Shown here piece by piece: positions 1 to 12,999 of a stretch of 49,666 bases of DNA (its first letter is position 1; every line of letters starts with the position of its first letter). Made by a program: the position numbers and the translations under genes. This DNA comes from Catajapyx aquilonaris (taxonomy: Eukaryota), in NCBI GenBank assembly GCA_000934665.2, contig KZ538235.1, positions 62,001 through 111,666 of the forward strand, in the 5' to 3' direction. The notes below the pieces were generated by a model. It was not told the DNA's origin. It was given only the letters and a program-made list of their open reading frames with translations, and made no database searches.

Positions 1-379
1 AAAACTCGGCCTCCAAATGCTAACAAAACACGAGCATTCAATCGTTATTTTAACGGGCCTCCGCACTCGGGATATCTCTTAAATAAACATTTCACGCTGC
101 TTTTTTTTCTGGATAGGCTTTTGTTTCCATTACATATGCTTCCTCTCTTTTCGCGAATGGTTAAACACACATTTGCGCAAATTTTTTTTGCAGCTGACAT
201 ATAGCCTACCGTACTCGCAATTTTTTTGGTATATATAGCCTACAATTATGCTGGAAAATGGCGCATATTTACGCCAAAAAATCCTACATGTCAGGAAATT
301 TCGATGAAATTTGGCTTATTCAAAATAGTAGCTGACACTATCAGGCTAAAATCATATGTTAATCATATTATCTTCACCA

Positions 380-471
380 ATTATAAAGCATAGCTGTTTA
401 GCTAAATCATTGAAGAGTAAGCTGCTAATAGCTGTCAACATATATTATTTTTCACAAATTATAAGCATAGC

Positions 472-542
<71 letters not shown>

Positions 543-1135
543 TTTATACCCCGTTATCAGCCTATCGGCTCTTTAGGGGGGAAGTTTTGTTTTGCCTGGA
601 ACTCTTTGCTTTCATTTTACTGCCCTTTATGGGATGGGATAGGGACGAAAGGAAGCGGCTGTGGCCTATTAATTACGGAAACAACTCCGGAATTTTCCTG
701 GAAGGACCGTGGGGAACCACAGAAAACCACAATCAGAGTTACCGGCCCCGGGATTTGATCCCAGGACCTCCAGATTATCAGTCGGACACCATATCCCCTA
801 CTCCAAACTGCTTCGGTCTGTTTAGCTAATACCTCTCAAATAAACTGCTAATAGCTGTCAAAATATTAATTACATTATTTTCACAAATAAGCATGGCTGT
901 TTAGCTAATTCCTCTAAAAATAAGCTAATAGCTGTGGAAATATAATTTATAATATTTTCTCAACTTAAAACCATAGCTGTTTAGCTAATATAGGTACCTT
1001 TAAGAGTTAGCTGCTAAGAGGTGTCAAAATATTAATTATACTGCATAATTTTTACAAGTTATAAGCATAGCTGCTAGGCAAATACAGTAATCTTTAAGCA
1101 TAAGCGACAAATAGCTGTCAAAATAACTGCTATTT
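380..1135. repeat. Degenerate ~80-90 bp tandem array (catagctgtttagctaa...gctgctaatagctgtcaaaatat), interrupted by the SINE
   Basis: The unit recurs at about 385, 465/820, 890, 972 and 1062. Confidence 0.8.
473..817 (-). mobile_element. tRNA-derived SINE, near full length, with (ATT)n 3' tail
   Basis: The minus strand begins with a tRNA-like head: A-box-like TGGAGTAGGGG (805-795) and B-box-like GGATCAAATCC (761-751). The body contains ggaagcggctgtggcct...ggaaccacagaaaacc, which from memory resembles abundant insect SINE bodies. The tail is ~23 x AAT at 473-541. The element splits a host unit ataagcatagct|gtttagctaa. Confidence 0.82.
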
Positions 1136-1589
1136 AAAATGGGGTGTGACAGCCCGGTTTTTTGTTCTTTTTTTGCGAGGGTATGTTCCGGACTGTGTTG
1201 GTGTTCCGGGGAAGTGAGCGGGATCCGGGTGGCTCATATTTCAGACGACCTCCGGGCTTCCAACATGTGCCGCCCTCCCTGCCTCCCCAAGCATCACCTG
1301 CCATCTTTCACTGCCAGACGCTGCACCAGAGCTACTCACGAGGGAAATTTTTCCACGTCATTGCACACACAGCTGAAGAACGTTGGGATGGGGGGATGGG
1401 GGAAGGGGGGGGGAGCCAGAATCTATATATACGATGGGGAGGGCGACACTATCGATTCCATGTAATTCTCCCCCCCCCCCCAGTCCCCACCTCCTACTCT
1501 AGAGTGACAGCGGTCCGAATGTCTCTGTCACACAATCCAGGGGAGGTCCGGAGGCTGTGTTACAGGGCGAGGAAGCTAGTCGCAGCGAT

Positions 1590-2460
1590 CAGCTCCATTA
1601 GGATCATTCACATGGGAACTACCAACTGATAGGGAAGTGATAACGGTTATCGAGAGCGGTTAGCCGTTAAGCGCTATTAGCTCACGTTAGAGCTGCGCGA
1701 GCAAAATAGCGTTTAGGAAAATAGCGTTTAACCCAAATAACGTGGAAACAAAATAACGTTGAAACCAAATAACACTTAGCAAAAACAATTGTTAGTCGAA
1801 TTAACTTTTTACTTAAAATAACGGTGAATAAATATTATTTATTAACCCTCCGCTTTTATAGCTATTCAAATTCTGCTCCTCAGACAACAATGGGTGTAAT
1901 TTTCGTAGCACTGCTAGCTACTGCTAACCGAGCAGTACCAATGTCAAGAACCACTCGACTGAATAGTGTACAATGGAATACCAAATTCAGGGAGTACCGA
2001 GGAGTACCAAAAAGTAAGTACATAAGGAGTACCTGGGAGTACCATTCGCAGGTGTACATCGGAGTACGGAAGTGGTTACCCCCTTAACCAATGCCTTAAC
2101 CTAACCTAACTTAGCAGTACCAGTGTAGTGCATTGGTTAAGGGGGTAACCACTTCCGTACTCCGATGTACACCTGCGAATGGTACTCCCAGGTACTCCTT
2201 ATGTATTTACTCTTTGGTACTCCTCGGTACTCCCTGAATTTGGTATTCCATTGTACACTATTCAGTATAATGACAACTGAAACAGAAGACGAGCATGAAT
2301 AACGTTTAGCCCAAATACCATAGAAAAATAACGTACAGTCAAATTAACAATTAGAAAAGTACCGATGAACCAAAATAGCGTTTAATCGAAATAACACTTA
2401 GTCACTTGCTAACTCAAATAACGCTTAACTAAAATAATTCTGGATCAAAATAAATTAATA
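1590..2460 (+). repeat. Dispersed repeat copy 1: conserved ~110-bp head followed by a degenerate AAATAACGTT array; interrupted by the hairpin region ~1880-2280
   Basis: Head cagctccattaggatcattcaca...gagagcggttagccgttaagcgctatt aligns by eye with 3551-3640. Confidence 0.7.
1958..2266. repeat. Long near-perfect inverted repeat (arms 1958-2094 and 2130-2266, 137 bp each, 35-bp loop); MITE or fold-back duplication
   Basis: The arms are reverse complements with 2 mismatches seen. The right flank is TA and the left flank is GA, so a TA target duplication is not clean. Confidence 0.95.
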
Positions 2461-3242
2461 TTAGCCCCCCCTCCCCCCAGTTAAAGCAATCCAAATGCAG
2501 CACCTCAGACAGTTACATGCAAAGTGCCCATACTTTTGACAACTGAAACATTATTTCCAACCCTCTCTTTCGCCTAATTTTAAGCCCCGCCCCAATTCCT
2601 TGTCCCGACCCCTCATCAGTCAGGTCCACCCCCAAAAATTCCCCCTATGTGTCCAAAATTTGCTGAACCATCGGTCACTTTTGTGACTACTTAATGGACC
2701 GTGGAGACCCCCCTCTCCTTCCTGCATTGTTGCCTCTTGGCCAAAAAAGGCAATAACTCAACAGTCCCTTCCCCGCCATTCTAGTGGTGCAGGACAGCCA
2801 ATATCCCCGAGTCTCTTCTTCATCCTCCCAGGCAGCCATTTCCATAAAGCTAATGAGTCGTGTCAGCGGCCCATTAGCCGGACCCGAGGTGAACTCTGCC
2901 TAAAATGAGCCTCCCCTTCCTTTTCCTTTTCCATCCAACATTCTTCCCTCTACCCGGGGACCCCCCCCCCCCCCCAAAAGCTGGCCACAAATTTGCGTCA
3001 AGAGTCAGTCTGTTGCGGCTTAGTGTCGGATCCACTCCCGGATGACTGACTCTTGCCCGACGCTGTTATATTGAAAGCAAAAAGCCGATCGATCTTGTCC
3101 TTTAAAGGTGACGGGCCATATTTGGGACATGGCTCTATTAGGGACCAACATAGGGATGGTTATCAGAAAATGAGGTTGGCTACACTGGCAATGGTCTAAC
3201 CTAACCTCGCCTGGAATACTCTTAACTTAACCTTGCCTGAAA

Positions 3243-3479
3243 TGTTTGCGCTTTTCACCCGACATGCCAGGGCAGAATAGTTGCACTCCATACTCTGCCC
3301 AGGGCCAGGAGAAAAGGCCTGGTGTTTTAAAATGTCAGAAATTACTATCGCACAGAGCCCTCCCTTGGGAACCTCCCCTTCCCCGCAAGAGGGCTTCGAG
3401 CCCTATCACGAGTTTTTTATTTTTGAAGAAGAAGAAGAAGAATAATAATAATAATAATAATAATAATGATAATAATAAA
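3243..3479 (+). mobile_element. Truncated retroposon (SINE/LINE 3' end) with (GAA)n(AAT)n tail and probable target-site duplication
   Basis: taaccttgcctgaaa occurs at both 3228-3242 and 3480-3494. A microsatellite tail lies at 3424-3479, with a 3' stem-loop agggct-tcg-agccct upstream of it. Confidence 0.65.
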
Positions 3480-3550
3480 TAACCTTGCCTGAAACGTACT
3501 AATCTAACCTAACTAATCTTATCTGGCCTGACATACCTTACCTAACCTAT

Positions 3551-4320
3551 CAACTCCATTAGGGTAATTCACAGAACGATCAAGTCATAGCGAAGTCATA
3601 ACCGGTTACTGAGAGCGATTAGCGGTTAAGCGCTATTTCGCTCAGGTGGGTGCTACGTGAGGCGAAATAACGGTTATCCGAAAATCATTTACCAAAATTA
3701 CGCTTAGTCAAGATATCTGTTATTTAAAATAACGTCGAGCAAAGCTAACGTAATTGAAATAACGTTGAGTCAAAAATATCTGCTAATCGAAATTTTAGTA
3801 AAATAACTACAGTATTAACCGATAAGAAGCGTAGAAACGTTACTGTCAATAGAAATAAAAATCAAACAAATAACTGTTAATCGAAATAAAAATCAAACAA
3901 ATAACTGTTAATCGAAATAAAAATCAAACAAATAACTGTTAATCGAAATAAAAATCAAACAAATAACTGTTAATCGAAATAAAAATCAAACAAATAACTG
4001 TTAATCGAAATAACGTTAGCACAAATGACAACCGAAGCAATGATTCGAAAAATTATTACTCAATCGTAATAAAATTCAGAAAATCTAACTGTTAATCGAA
4101 AGAACGTTTAGCAAATATAGCGACTAATCGAAAGAACGTTTAGCAAATATAGCGACTAATCGAAAGAACGTTTAGCAAATATAGCGACTAATCGAAATAA
4201 CGTTTACCCAATATAACGTATACTCGAAACAACGTTTAGCCAATATAACGAATAATCGAAATAGCGTTCAGACAATATAACGAATAATCGAAATAACATT
4301 CACCAAAAATAACGACTCAT
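3551..4320 (+). repeat. Dispersed repeat copy 2 (same head as 1590) with AAATAACG array, including perfect 31-bp x5 (3853-4007) and 32-bp x3 (4094-4189) minisatellites
   Basis: Units aaataaaaatcaaacaaataactgttaatcg and aatcgaaagaacgtttagcaaatatagcgact are read directly. Confidence 0.85.
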
Positions 4321-6804
4321 TTAAATAGCTCTTAGGATAGGGTAAGTGAGGCCATCCTACCCTAACCACCAGGTGAGAAACCGTCCAATAACCGAGACTT
4401 TTGGAAGGTTGATATCCGGACACCAAGTGACTGAGCTTTTTTACTTCCTTTTTTGTGGGTCCATCTTCTTCTTCCACCAAAAAAATCCCAGCTGCTCCAA
4501 TAAATTGGCTGTCTCATTCCTGAGAGGCCAAAAGGAAAGCTGGGGCCCCTCGTAGGCCAGGCATTATAAGGCAATCTTGGACCAATCTCTTGCCTTCTCA
4601 CCATCGTCGCCACAAACTTCTCAGCTCTGTCTCCAAGATCTTCTCTTCTTCTTCTTCACAAAAAAATCGCAGCGTTTTTTTTTCTTCCTATACACACCTA
4701 AGACTTGGACCAATCTTTTTCCACTTTTCTGGCACGAGCGACATACTAAGAAATGTTTCTTAGAAAACTGCTCTTTTCGGTAAGGGCTTAAAACAGGTTA
4801 TAAGCTTTGTCGCAAAAACATGGGGACACTTTTGGCCCGTTTCTTTAAGCATGCGAACCGTGATATGGCAGGCCAGAAGCCATAAAATTATAAAGCAGGT
4901 TCCTGACTTCCCCTGCGTGTTAGTAAATGGCTTTGGAGTTGCTCATAAATCGTAAACACTAGGTTGGTTTATATATATTTTTCAGAGGAGGGTTATCCAT
5001 ATAACTGTTATTTGGCTGCGAGAGAATAATATTTCTGTGGGCCCCCTTAATGACAGCAATATTGCTAAGAGGTGAAAAACGGCGGGGGAAAAGCAAACGG
5101 AAAGGTGGCGAGACAAAGCGGCTTCTTTGTGCTGTGAAAATCGCTGGAGAGATGAATGGGCGAGCGGAGCGAAAATCGCTGAAAGAATGTGCCAGAATTC
5201 ACTTAAACTCGTTACGCACAGAAACACGTGAAAAAGTCGCAGAAATGTCATGTAGTGAGTAAACGTGACCCTGTCACGTATAAAAATAAGCGTGAGCATG
5301 TCACGTATAAATTAGCTTGTCACTTACACCATTGCAAACGTATACGTATAAAAGCCTCATCAGTCATCACGTATAAAAATATACCCCTCACCAAAAATAA
5401 CAGTAGACGCTAACAGATAAACATATCTAACAAAATCACTGCAATAACATAGCTGCTATTTCATTCCAGTAATTGTTACTTTAATAAAATAACCGACGTG
5501 ACGCGAAAACTGACATACTTGTATTGACATGCGGTAGCTAATAGCGTATACGTATATGCTATAGTAAACACCAGCAAACAAAATAACGGCTATATAAATT
5601 CACTGCGACCAAAATAGTAATAGCCACTAAAATACCCGATGTCATCCCAAAAAGCTGATACAAATAACAGTTTTGAAAGGGATTATTTTAGTAGCTATTA
5701 CCTAATCGTATAACAGTCATTTTAGGTTAATTTGTGTTAGAAATTTTTATTACTAACATATAATAACTGGCAGTTTATTTTATAACCATCAAAAAAACTA
5801 CGTTTATGTTATGAAGTAGCTGACTGATCTTAGTTAAACGTAATGTTAAAAGCGACCCAGACCCCTCAGTAAGCGTAACACCTTCTAATAGAGCCCTGCA
5901 AGATGAATTTTCCTAATCATCCATAAAAACTAGGGCAAGTCCGTCTGTCTTGACCTGCGGTCACTTCAAAGAGCATATTTCAACAGGTCGGACTTTCTCA
6001 ACAAGCTGATAACAACATGTCGAAAAGGAAGGACATCTCCACGAAACAACTTCCTCCAATGCTTGTTATCAGTTTAAGAGCGACCCCCTCCCCCCCCCCC
6101 CCCCCCGCTTCTTTTTTTNGATTCTTTGTTATCTGAAGATATTTTGCCAACCCCTCCAACTTGTGGGAGGGAAAGGATAACAAAGGAATTCTGTCTATCT
6201 ATCTCTATCCTAGTGCACGCAACCCCTATAGAGTTCCCTTCGATTTTATGCCTCTGATCACATAATTGTCTGAACGGATAAATGGCCCAGGCTTAATGCT
6301 CAACAATGTATTTTTTTTTTCGGATCGCTACCTCCCCACTGGCCCACCCACACAAAAATGGGATTCCCTATAACAAACGATGGGGAGGTACAAACAGAAA
6401 ATGCATTGACGACGATCCACCGTCAATGTCAATCACTCAGGACAGGAGGTGCACTATCTGAAATCGGTGAATGCGGTTCTGTCATTATCTCTTACGTCAT
6501 GTCAACTTCACTGAGCTCGACGTTTAAAAAAATGGGGGGGGGGGGGTGGAGAGAGAAAAAACTGGTTTCAAAAAAAAAAACGAGACCTGACGTCCTTTTG
6601 GAGATGTATGACCTCCACGGAGGGCGCTTGACCCGGGAACAAGCATTGGTGAAACTAGACACTGTCCTATTGTCCCAAAGAGGACACTGAAGCACGGCCT
6701 ATAAAGTACTATCTCTCATGAAAATAGTTTTCGTTACGTTCCATAAAAAAGGTTTTGTAGCTTAAACATTATTAGCAACAGTTATTCACAGCTAAATAAC
6801 TATA

Positions 6805-7011
6805 CGGGGTGGTCCAAGTTCAAGTGTCGTTTTATAACGGCGATTAATAGAAGCGCTTAACGATGACGTAGCAGCGACGTGTAAAATTGCCCACTTCGAT
6901 GGCGCCGAAGATGCGCCGAAGTGGGACATTTTACGCGTCGCTGCTACGTCATCGCAAAATCACTGCTATTAATCACCGTTATAAAACGACACTTGAACTT
7001 GGACTACCCTG
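6805..7011. mobile_element. Palindromic MITE, Tc1/mariner type
   Basis: TA|CGGGGTGGTCCAAGTTCAAGTGTCGTTTTATAACGG ... CCGTTATAAAACGACACTTGAACTTGGACTACCCTG|TA. The arms pair imperfectly to the centre. TA flanks both sides. Confidence 0.9.
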
Positions 7012-7013
7012 TA

Positions 7014-8270
7014 CAGGTTAATGTTTACTTTCCAGTAGCAGTTAACGCTCACTTTTCTGTACCGGTACATGCTGTATTAACTTTTCCTTGCCGAATAGCT
7101 GTTACAGTTAAGTTACATCCACTGCAAGTAGCTGTAAACACAAAGCGCTTTTAGGCCCATCCGAACATCACAATTGTCCCATAACAAGCACATATGAAAT
7201 AAGCAGCTGATTGCAAAATAATAGCAATAGCAGTGTCCGTTCTAGCTAAAAGGCTGTAGCTCATAATGTTTAACTGCCAGTAGCAGTTAAAGTTTTCCAT
7301 ACTGAATCAAGTAGCCGTTAAAGTTTTCCTTACGGAATCAGGTAGCCGTTAAAGCTCTCCTTACGGGATCAAGTAGCCGTTAAAGTTTTCCTTACGGAAT
7401 CAAGTAGCCGTTAAAATTCTCCTTCCGGAATCAAGTAGCCGTTAAAATTTTCCTTGCGGAATCAAGTAGCGTGTTAATGTTATTGCTGATACCCATAACT
7501 CTACGGCTTACGCAATAACAGTAGCAGTTACCGTTATAGCTCAATTGTTTTAGCAGTTACAAATATTACGTAAAGAGACTAGGGTTTGTGGCTTAAAGGT
7601 TATTAGCTACAACAGTTACATCAGCTGCAAGTAGCTGTATTCAGAGCCATCTGTCCATAACGATTGCCCCATAAAACGCACATATGAAACACGCAGTGTA
7701 CGTTACAAGTAGCAGTATCAGTTGACGTCATAGCTAAATAGCTGAAGCTGTTATCAGTCAGTTTGCTGTAGCAGATAAACGTTTCCTTGCTGGATAGCTG
7801 TCGAAGTTAACGCTATATCTAATATCTGTAGCAGTCAACGTTATAGCAATAGATCTGTAGCCGGTATCGTCATAGCTAAAAAATTGTAGCTGTTAATGTT
7901 TAACTTCTAGTAACAGTTAACGTTCACTATGCTGTAAGATATCTATTACCTTTTCCTTGCCGAATTGATGTAGCAGTTACGGTTTTAGCTAATTAGCTGT
8001 AGCATGTGCCGTCACAGCTAAATAGCCGTAACCTGTGTCGTCATAGCTGTCTGTAGCTGTCTGTAGCTGTTAACAATTACCTTCCGGTAGCAGAATTCCT
8101 TGTAAATAACAGTATCATTTAGCGTTATTGCTCAATCGCAGTTACAGTTAACGTATTCCTTGCTGAATAGCAGTAGCAGTTAACGTATTCCTCGCTGAAT
8201 AGCGGTATAGCACTTAGCGTTATTGCTCAATCGCAGTTGCAGTTTACGTTTTCGTTCCTAAGTAGCTATG
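7014..8270. repeat. Degenerate GTAGCAGTTA array with 31-bp x6 core (7280-7470)
   Basis: Core unit gtagccgttaaagttttccttacggaatcaa. The gtagc/agtta motif recurs throughout. Confidence 0.85.
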
Positions 8271-8995
8271 GGGCCGATTGTAACGTTGGTGGACATGAGC
8301 CAGCTCGGTGGTGGGCTGTGTTTGCAGAAGAGAGCTTCCTCGTTGCATATTCATAATGAGGGCTGACTGCCTGGTTGTGGGTAGTGGTTAAAAAAAGAGA
8401 GCAATTGGAATCCTCACGGATCATATCCCGTGGCTGGCGGGCTATTCACTCAGGCGCCGTTGAACAAGAGTGTTTTCATATGATCCATAATGTAGGGGGC
8501 CGGCTCTCAGATGAATTAGTGGGGTCAAAACACGCCAAGGATCATTTCGGCCAGCCGTAAACGCCCTATGAAAATACTACAAAGGGAGAGGGGGAGAGAG
8601 AGAGAGACTCTCATTCCTTCTCATCTCCATTGCTCTGGATATACAGTATCTCTCTAAAAACCCCGGTGTTTTCACTACGGTAGTCACGAATCGAAAACGA
8701 GCCTTGTCTGCCCTGGAGACTTGGAAGAGAGAAAGGCTGCAATATTGTCCCGGACTAGTATCCCGGATTCTCCGAGGGGACACTTGGAAAGGGATGACAG
8801 CTGTAAACTGTCCACTACCGCTACAAAGCACGCGAGACTTAAATAACTACTACGATAGAGCAGACTTCTTGCCAAAAAAAAATCGCTCATTCAATTGAAT
8901 TTTAAAAACAATTAATTATCTCTATGTATAAAGCCAAAATTTGTTTGTTTGCACAGGTTTGGTTACGACGGATGTCTGGTTACAACGGAAATATA

Positions 8996-9230
8996 CAGAG
9001 TGTTCCAAAATCGTGGGTCATTTTTCTGATATCGCCCAATAATAGTTATATTCTGTAGCTTGTTGTGCCCCTAACAAGGTGCCCCATTCTATAGCAAGTG
9101 CTATATTCGACCCTCTGGGAGAAATGGGTACATGGTCGGGACACAACAAGCTACACTACACAAAAAAACTAGAATACTATCGGGCGATATCAGTTATTTT
9201 AAAAACTACCCACGAATTTGGAACACCCGG
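8996..9230. mobile_element. Tc1/mariner-type MITE (family A, complete)
   Basis: TA|CAGAGTGTTCCAAAATCGTGGGT ... ACCCACGAATTTGGAACACCCGG|TA. Internal inverted segments gatatcgccc and gtagcttgttgtg. Confidence 0.9.
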
Positions 9231-10149
9231 TATAAACATATAAACAAATAAGTAAATAAGCTATTAAACAAATAAATAAGATCTTAAACCAATCAATAAA
9301 CTAACTCACAAACAAACAATCAAATATAACTAAATAAAGTGTTGCCAAAACTTCATGACTGTATTCGTCTAGTCAACACCATATGGCCGATACTAATTTA
9401 AAAAATAAGAAACACGTTCTTATAGTACTTCCATCTATCATTAGTCTCTTCATAAAAAAACGACATTCAGGCAGAGTGAATTGTAGTCGTCGACAGGGGA
9501 GTAATTCACCAAGGTTGCTCCCCAATGTCTTCTTCTCCGGGGCACAAGTTGGCTCGCATTGTTCCAGTTGTAGCCCACCCTTTTCCAGCCGCCATTTTCT
9601 TAGAGGTGTGGGGGGTCGTGGGGTGAGGATTACTCGGAGATTCGCTCTCCCCCCCCCCCCCCCCCCCCACNNNNNNNNNNCCCGTATATTCCGGACCAAG
9701 AGAGCGCGCAAAACTAGGGAAAAGCCAAAGGATCCCATCGCAACAAAAGGACCAGGGTGGGGAAGTCGTCAGCAGGTTATGACAGGCCTGAAAAGGAGAC
9801 CCCACCCACCTTTCCCTCCCCCTTACCCTCCAATATAACAATGCCATGAGTGATGGAAAGCGCCTCAATTGTTGGTGCCATCCTCGGAAGGGGTTTTGTT
9901 GCGCCCCCCTGCCCCTCCAACCCCCCAGTCCACCACGCCCTTTCTCCGTCTCAACTTGTACCTTAAAGAAAATCTAACAGACTAGACAGGGGCTCGAAAC
10001 TTGGGGAAGAGGAAAGACCCCTGGAGATCGCACGTGCTCTGAGACGACCCATTGTTGCCGGCATGATCGACAAGTTTGAACCGTGAAGTAGCTCTTATGC
10101 AGGCTATAGCAAGTGGCGTAATAAGCTATTTTTTATCACCAAGTTCCGT

Positions 10150-10900
10150 TATATATATGGTCGCGTAGTAGCTATATCATTACAGTAATATCGCATTAGC
10201 TATTTATTTTACAATTACGTTATATTAGCTTTATTACATTGCCGTACTATTAGAACTGGCTATGTAGCTATATCAGGTATATTTGTGCCAATCCTTATTT
10301 ATTTTTTATTTATCTGTTTATTCGTAATTTTTGTTTAATAGTTTATTTGTTTGTTTATACAACATTCAATATTATCGTTTTAGCTATTTATTTACAAGAT
10401 CATGTTATATTAGCTTCATAACATTGTCGTAATATTTGGCATGAGCTATATGTAGCTACAATATGTGTGGTTATATTAGTTATAATTATTTGTGCCAATC
10501 CTTGAACTAAAAATATGTTGCAGCTTATGATATAGCTAATATCGATGATATATTATAGCAATTTAATGGAGCTAACATGACGTTATTGTGGAATAAATAG
10601 CTAATATAGCAGAATTGTAAAATATCTATCATAGATATTTTACAATCCTGCTATATTAGCTATTTATTTTACCATACCGTTACAGTATGATACTGTAACG
10701 GTATGGTAAAATAAATAGCTAATATATTATCGCGATGCAATATGGCTAATATGTGTAATATGCAATAGCTAACAATATTATTGTGAAAATAGCTAATACG
10801 AAATTTCATTGATATAATATTGATATTAGCTATACCATAATCTGTAATATTAGTTGAATTACATTATAGTATTAGCTTTGTTGTAATTTTCTATTTTTTA
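10150..10900. repeat. Degenerate ATATTAGCTA array containing two overlapping long palindromes (10592-10668 and 10652-10726)
   Basis: 38-bp arms with 1 mismatch around 10630, and 37-bp perfect arms around 10689. Confidence 0.9.
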
Positions 10901-11764
10901 TAATTTTTTTAAAGTTCAACGATTGTCAAAAATGGCGCCCAACAGTGGTGGCGCAGGATAAGAGTGGGTTCACACGATTATCGTTGTCTTACGTCGTTTC
11001 CTGTTGGGAGGGACCAAATCACGTTCAGATCAATCCAAGGGCTAGCTCCATAACACTACCTACTTCTCCTCCTATTAGACAGCATAATTGGTCCTGCCAA
11101 ACACCAGCAGCGAAAATGCTCTCACTAGATGATCCTCGCAATATAATTGCTCCCCGATATACCCCTCCTTGGAGTAACTTATTACCGGGGCCTCCCAAGC
11201 CCCATCCATCACCGAGGCCGCCATTATCATTGCAAGCTAGCTTCAAGCCCCCCCCCCCTCCCCCCTCCCCCACTGTAATAGATCGCGGCTAATCTCTCCG
11301 CCGCTCTCCATCATCTGATTGAGCCGCAGCTTCTGGCCAGGTGAAAGCCGGATATCCGGTTGGGAGGGGCAGAAACTCTCTCTCCATGGTCAGAGAGAGT
11401 CTAGGTTTTTCCCCCCCTCTCTCTCCCCTTTCCAACTGACGGGATTGGCTGCCTCTCTTCCAATCACATCTCCATCTCAGCATACCCGAGTGGTCACTTC
11501 ATTCAAGGGACACTTTTCAAATAAATTCGGACGAAAAAGGGGGGAGTTGTTTACCCTTGGTCAGGCAGGGGTAGGGAGATAAAGATGGTGGTTTCTGAAT
11601 CAAGGTGGTGTTACCCAGTCAAACAAACTGATGGGCTTACCAGAACTCTCAAAGTTCAGGATCAGCATCAGTGATCAACGAGATCACTGAACTAATCAGA
11701 GGAAGAATCATATATGAATAAGATCAGTACAAGGATCAGAAAATGAATTCATCAGCCAGAGTAA

Positions 11765-12050
11765 ATAGTTACTCCGGAATATCTTATTACCCCTTACAGT
11801 TAGTGTGGTAAAGTTGCTCCGGAGGATCTTACTCCAGCTAAGGTGTGGTAAAGATACTCCATATAAGTGTGGTACAAGATACTCCGGAGTAACTTACTCC
11901 CTCTAACTGTGGTACAAGATACTCCGGAGTAACTTCCTCGCTCTAAATGTGGTACAAGATACTCCAGAGTAACTTACTCCCTCTAACTGTGGTACAAGAT
12001 ACTCCGGAGTAACTTTCTCTCAGTGTGATAAAAGATACTACGGCGTATCG
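11765..12050. repeat. 40-bp minisatellite with internal palindrome TACTCCGGAGTA
   Basis: gtggtacaagatactccggagtaacttactccctctaact at 11869, 11909, 11949 and 11989, with degenerate copies on the flanks. Confidence 0.9.
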
Positions 12051-12999
12051 TAACCCCGCTACGAAGTATTTTTCCTCAACACACTTCAATCTATGTTAAC
12101 CGGCCGTTTAAAACGTTGCTGAAACCCATCTTAACCGACGATGAATCTGGTGAACAATGTAACGTCTATAATTATTAAACGTCATGCTAGATGTTACGTT
12201 TGAATGTTCAATAATTTTATATGATGAACCATTTAACCATCATTTACCAGTGAAAACTGAAAAAGAACCGTCTGCAACTTGTGACGTCACCATTCCCAGT
12301 CCCGCCATCTGGCAGCCAACATATTCAATTACACTCCAACATGTCCAAATGAGTACAAACCCGCAAACGACTAAATCTGAACTGAAAAGCGGTGGGAGGT
12401 TGGGGAGGGTGGGGTGTGGTAGACTAATGAAATAGGCGCCATAAAAGCCAGGAGTGAATAGGCAGGCCATTGTTTCCATTAAATGGAGGACCGTTCGCTA
12501 CATTCATTACGGGCCGTTACAAAACGCACTTTGCCGGTTACATCCAGACACGCACAGGTCATAAAAACAGACGGTTCATGTGCCCAATGTGGTCAACACA
12601 TGTGCTGGAAAATCACTTGGACAAAATCTTATCTTACAACCGGGTTTTTTTCGTATCTTAAACACGAAGAGCACAATCTGGCCCACAGAGTACAGGGTGT
12701 GGTGGAAATAAAAATGGCGAAATTATGCGTCTTGACTTGAGTAATATGCGGCGCGGCAGGGATGAACCTCCAGAGGTGTAAATCTCTCAAGCTGAAGGTT
12801 GGAGAAAAAATGGCCACACGCGAGTCAAAAAGACGCCATTGATCCGACCCTCACCTGCTGTAAACATTTGTCGGGAGATGCACAGGGGATGCCAAAAGCT
12901 AGGGACGTCAAAGAGCTGCTATTTGCACTTCAATTTCTGAGAAGTGCTCTAAGCTTTAAAAGCAGTTTTGAAGAGCAATTTAATGTTATTTAATTGTTG

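Noticed and set aside
745..817. tRNA gene on the minus strand
   Set aside because: The A/B boxes are degenerate, I see no clean cloverleaf, and the sequence continues into a SINE body and tail.
356..829. 157-aa ORF with poly-Asn
   Set aside because: It is produced by the (AAT)n tail and the antisense SINE and is not protein-like.
2095..3550. Interstitial arthropod telomeric (TTAGG)n/(CCTAA)n repeats
   Set aside because: There are only 2-3 consecutive units at each site (about 2099, 3196, 3504, 3540), embedded in other repeats; too short to call.
11765..12050. CRISPR-like array of palindromic repeats
   Set aside because: The sequences between the palindromes are near-identical rather than unique spacers, there are no cas genes and the context is eukaryotic. 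It is a 40-bp minisatellite.
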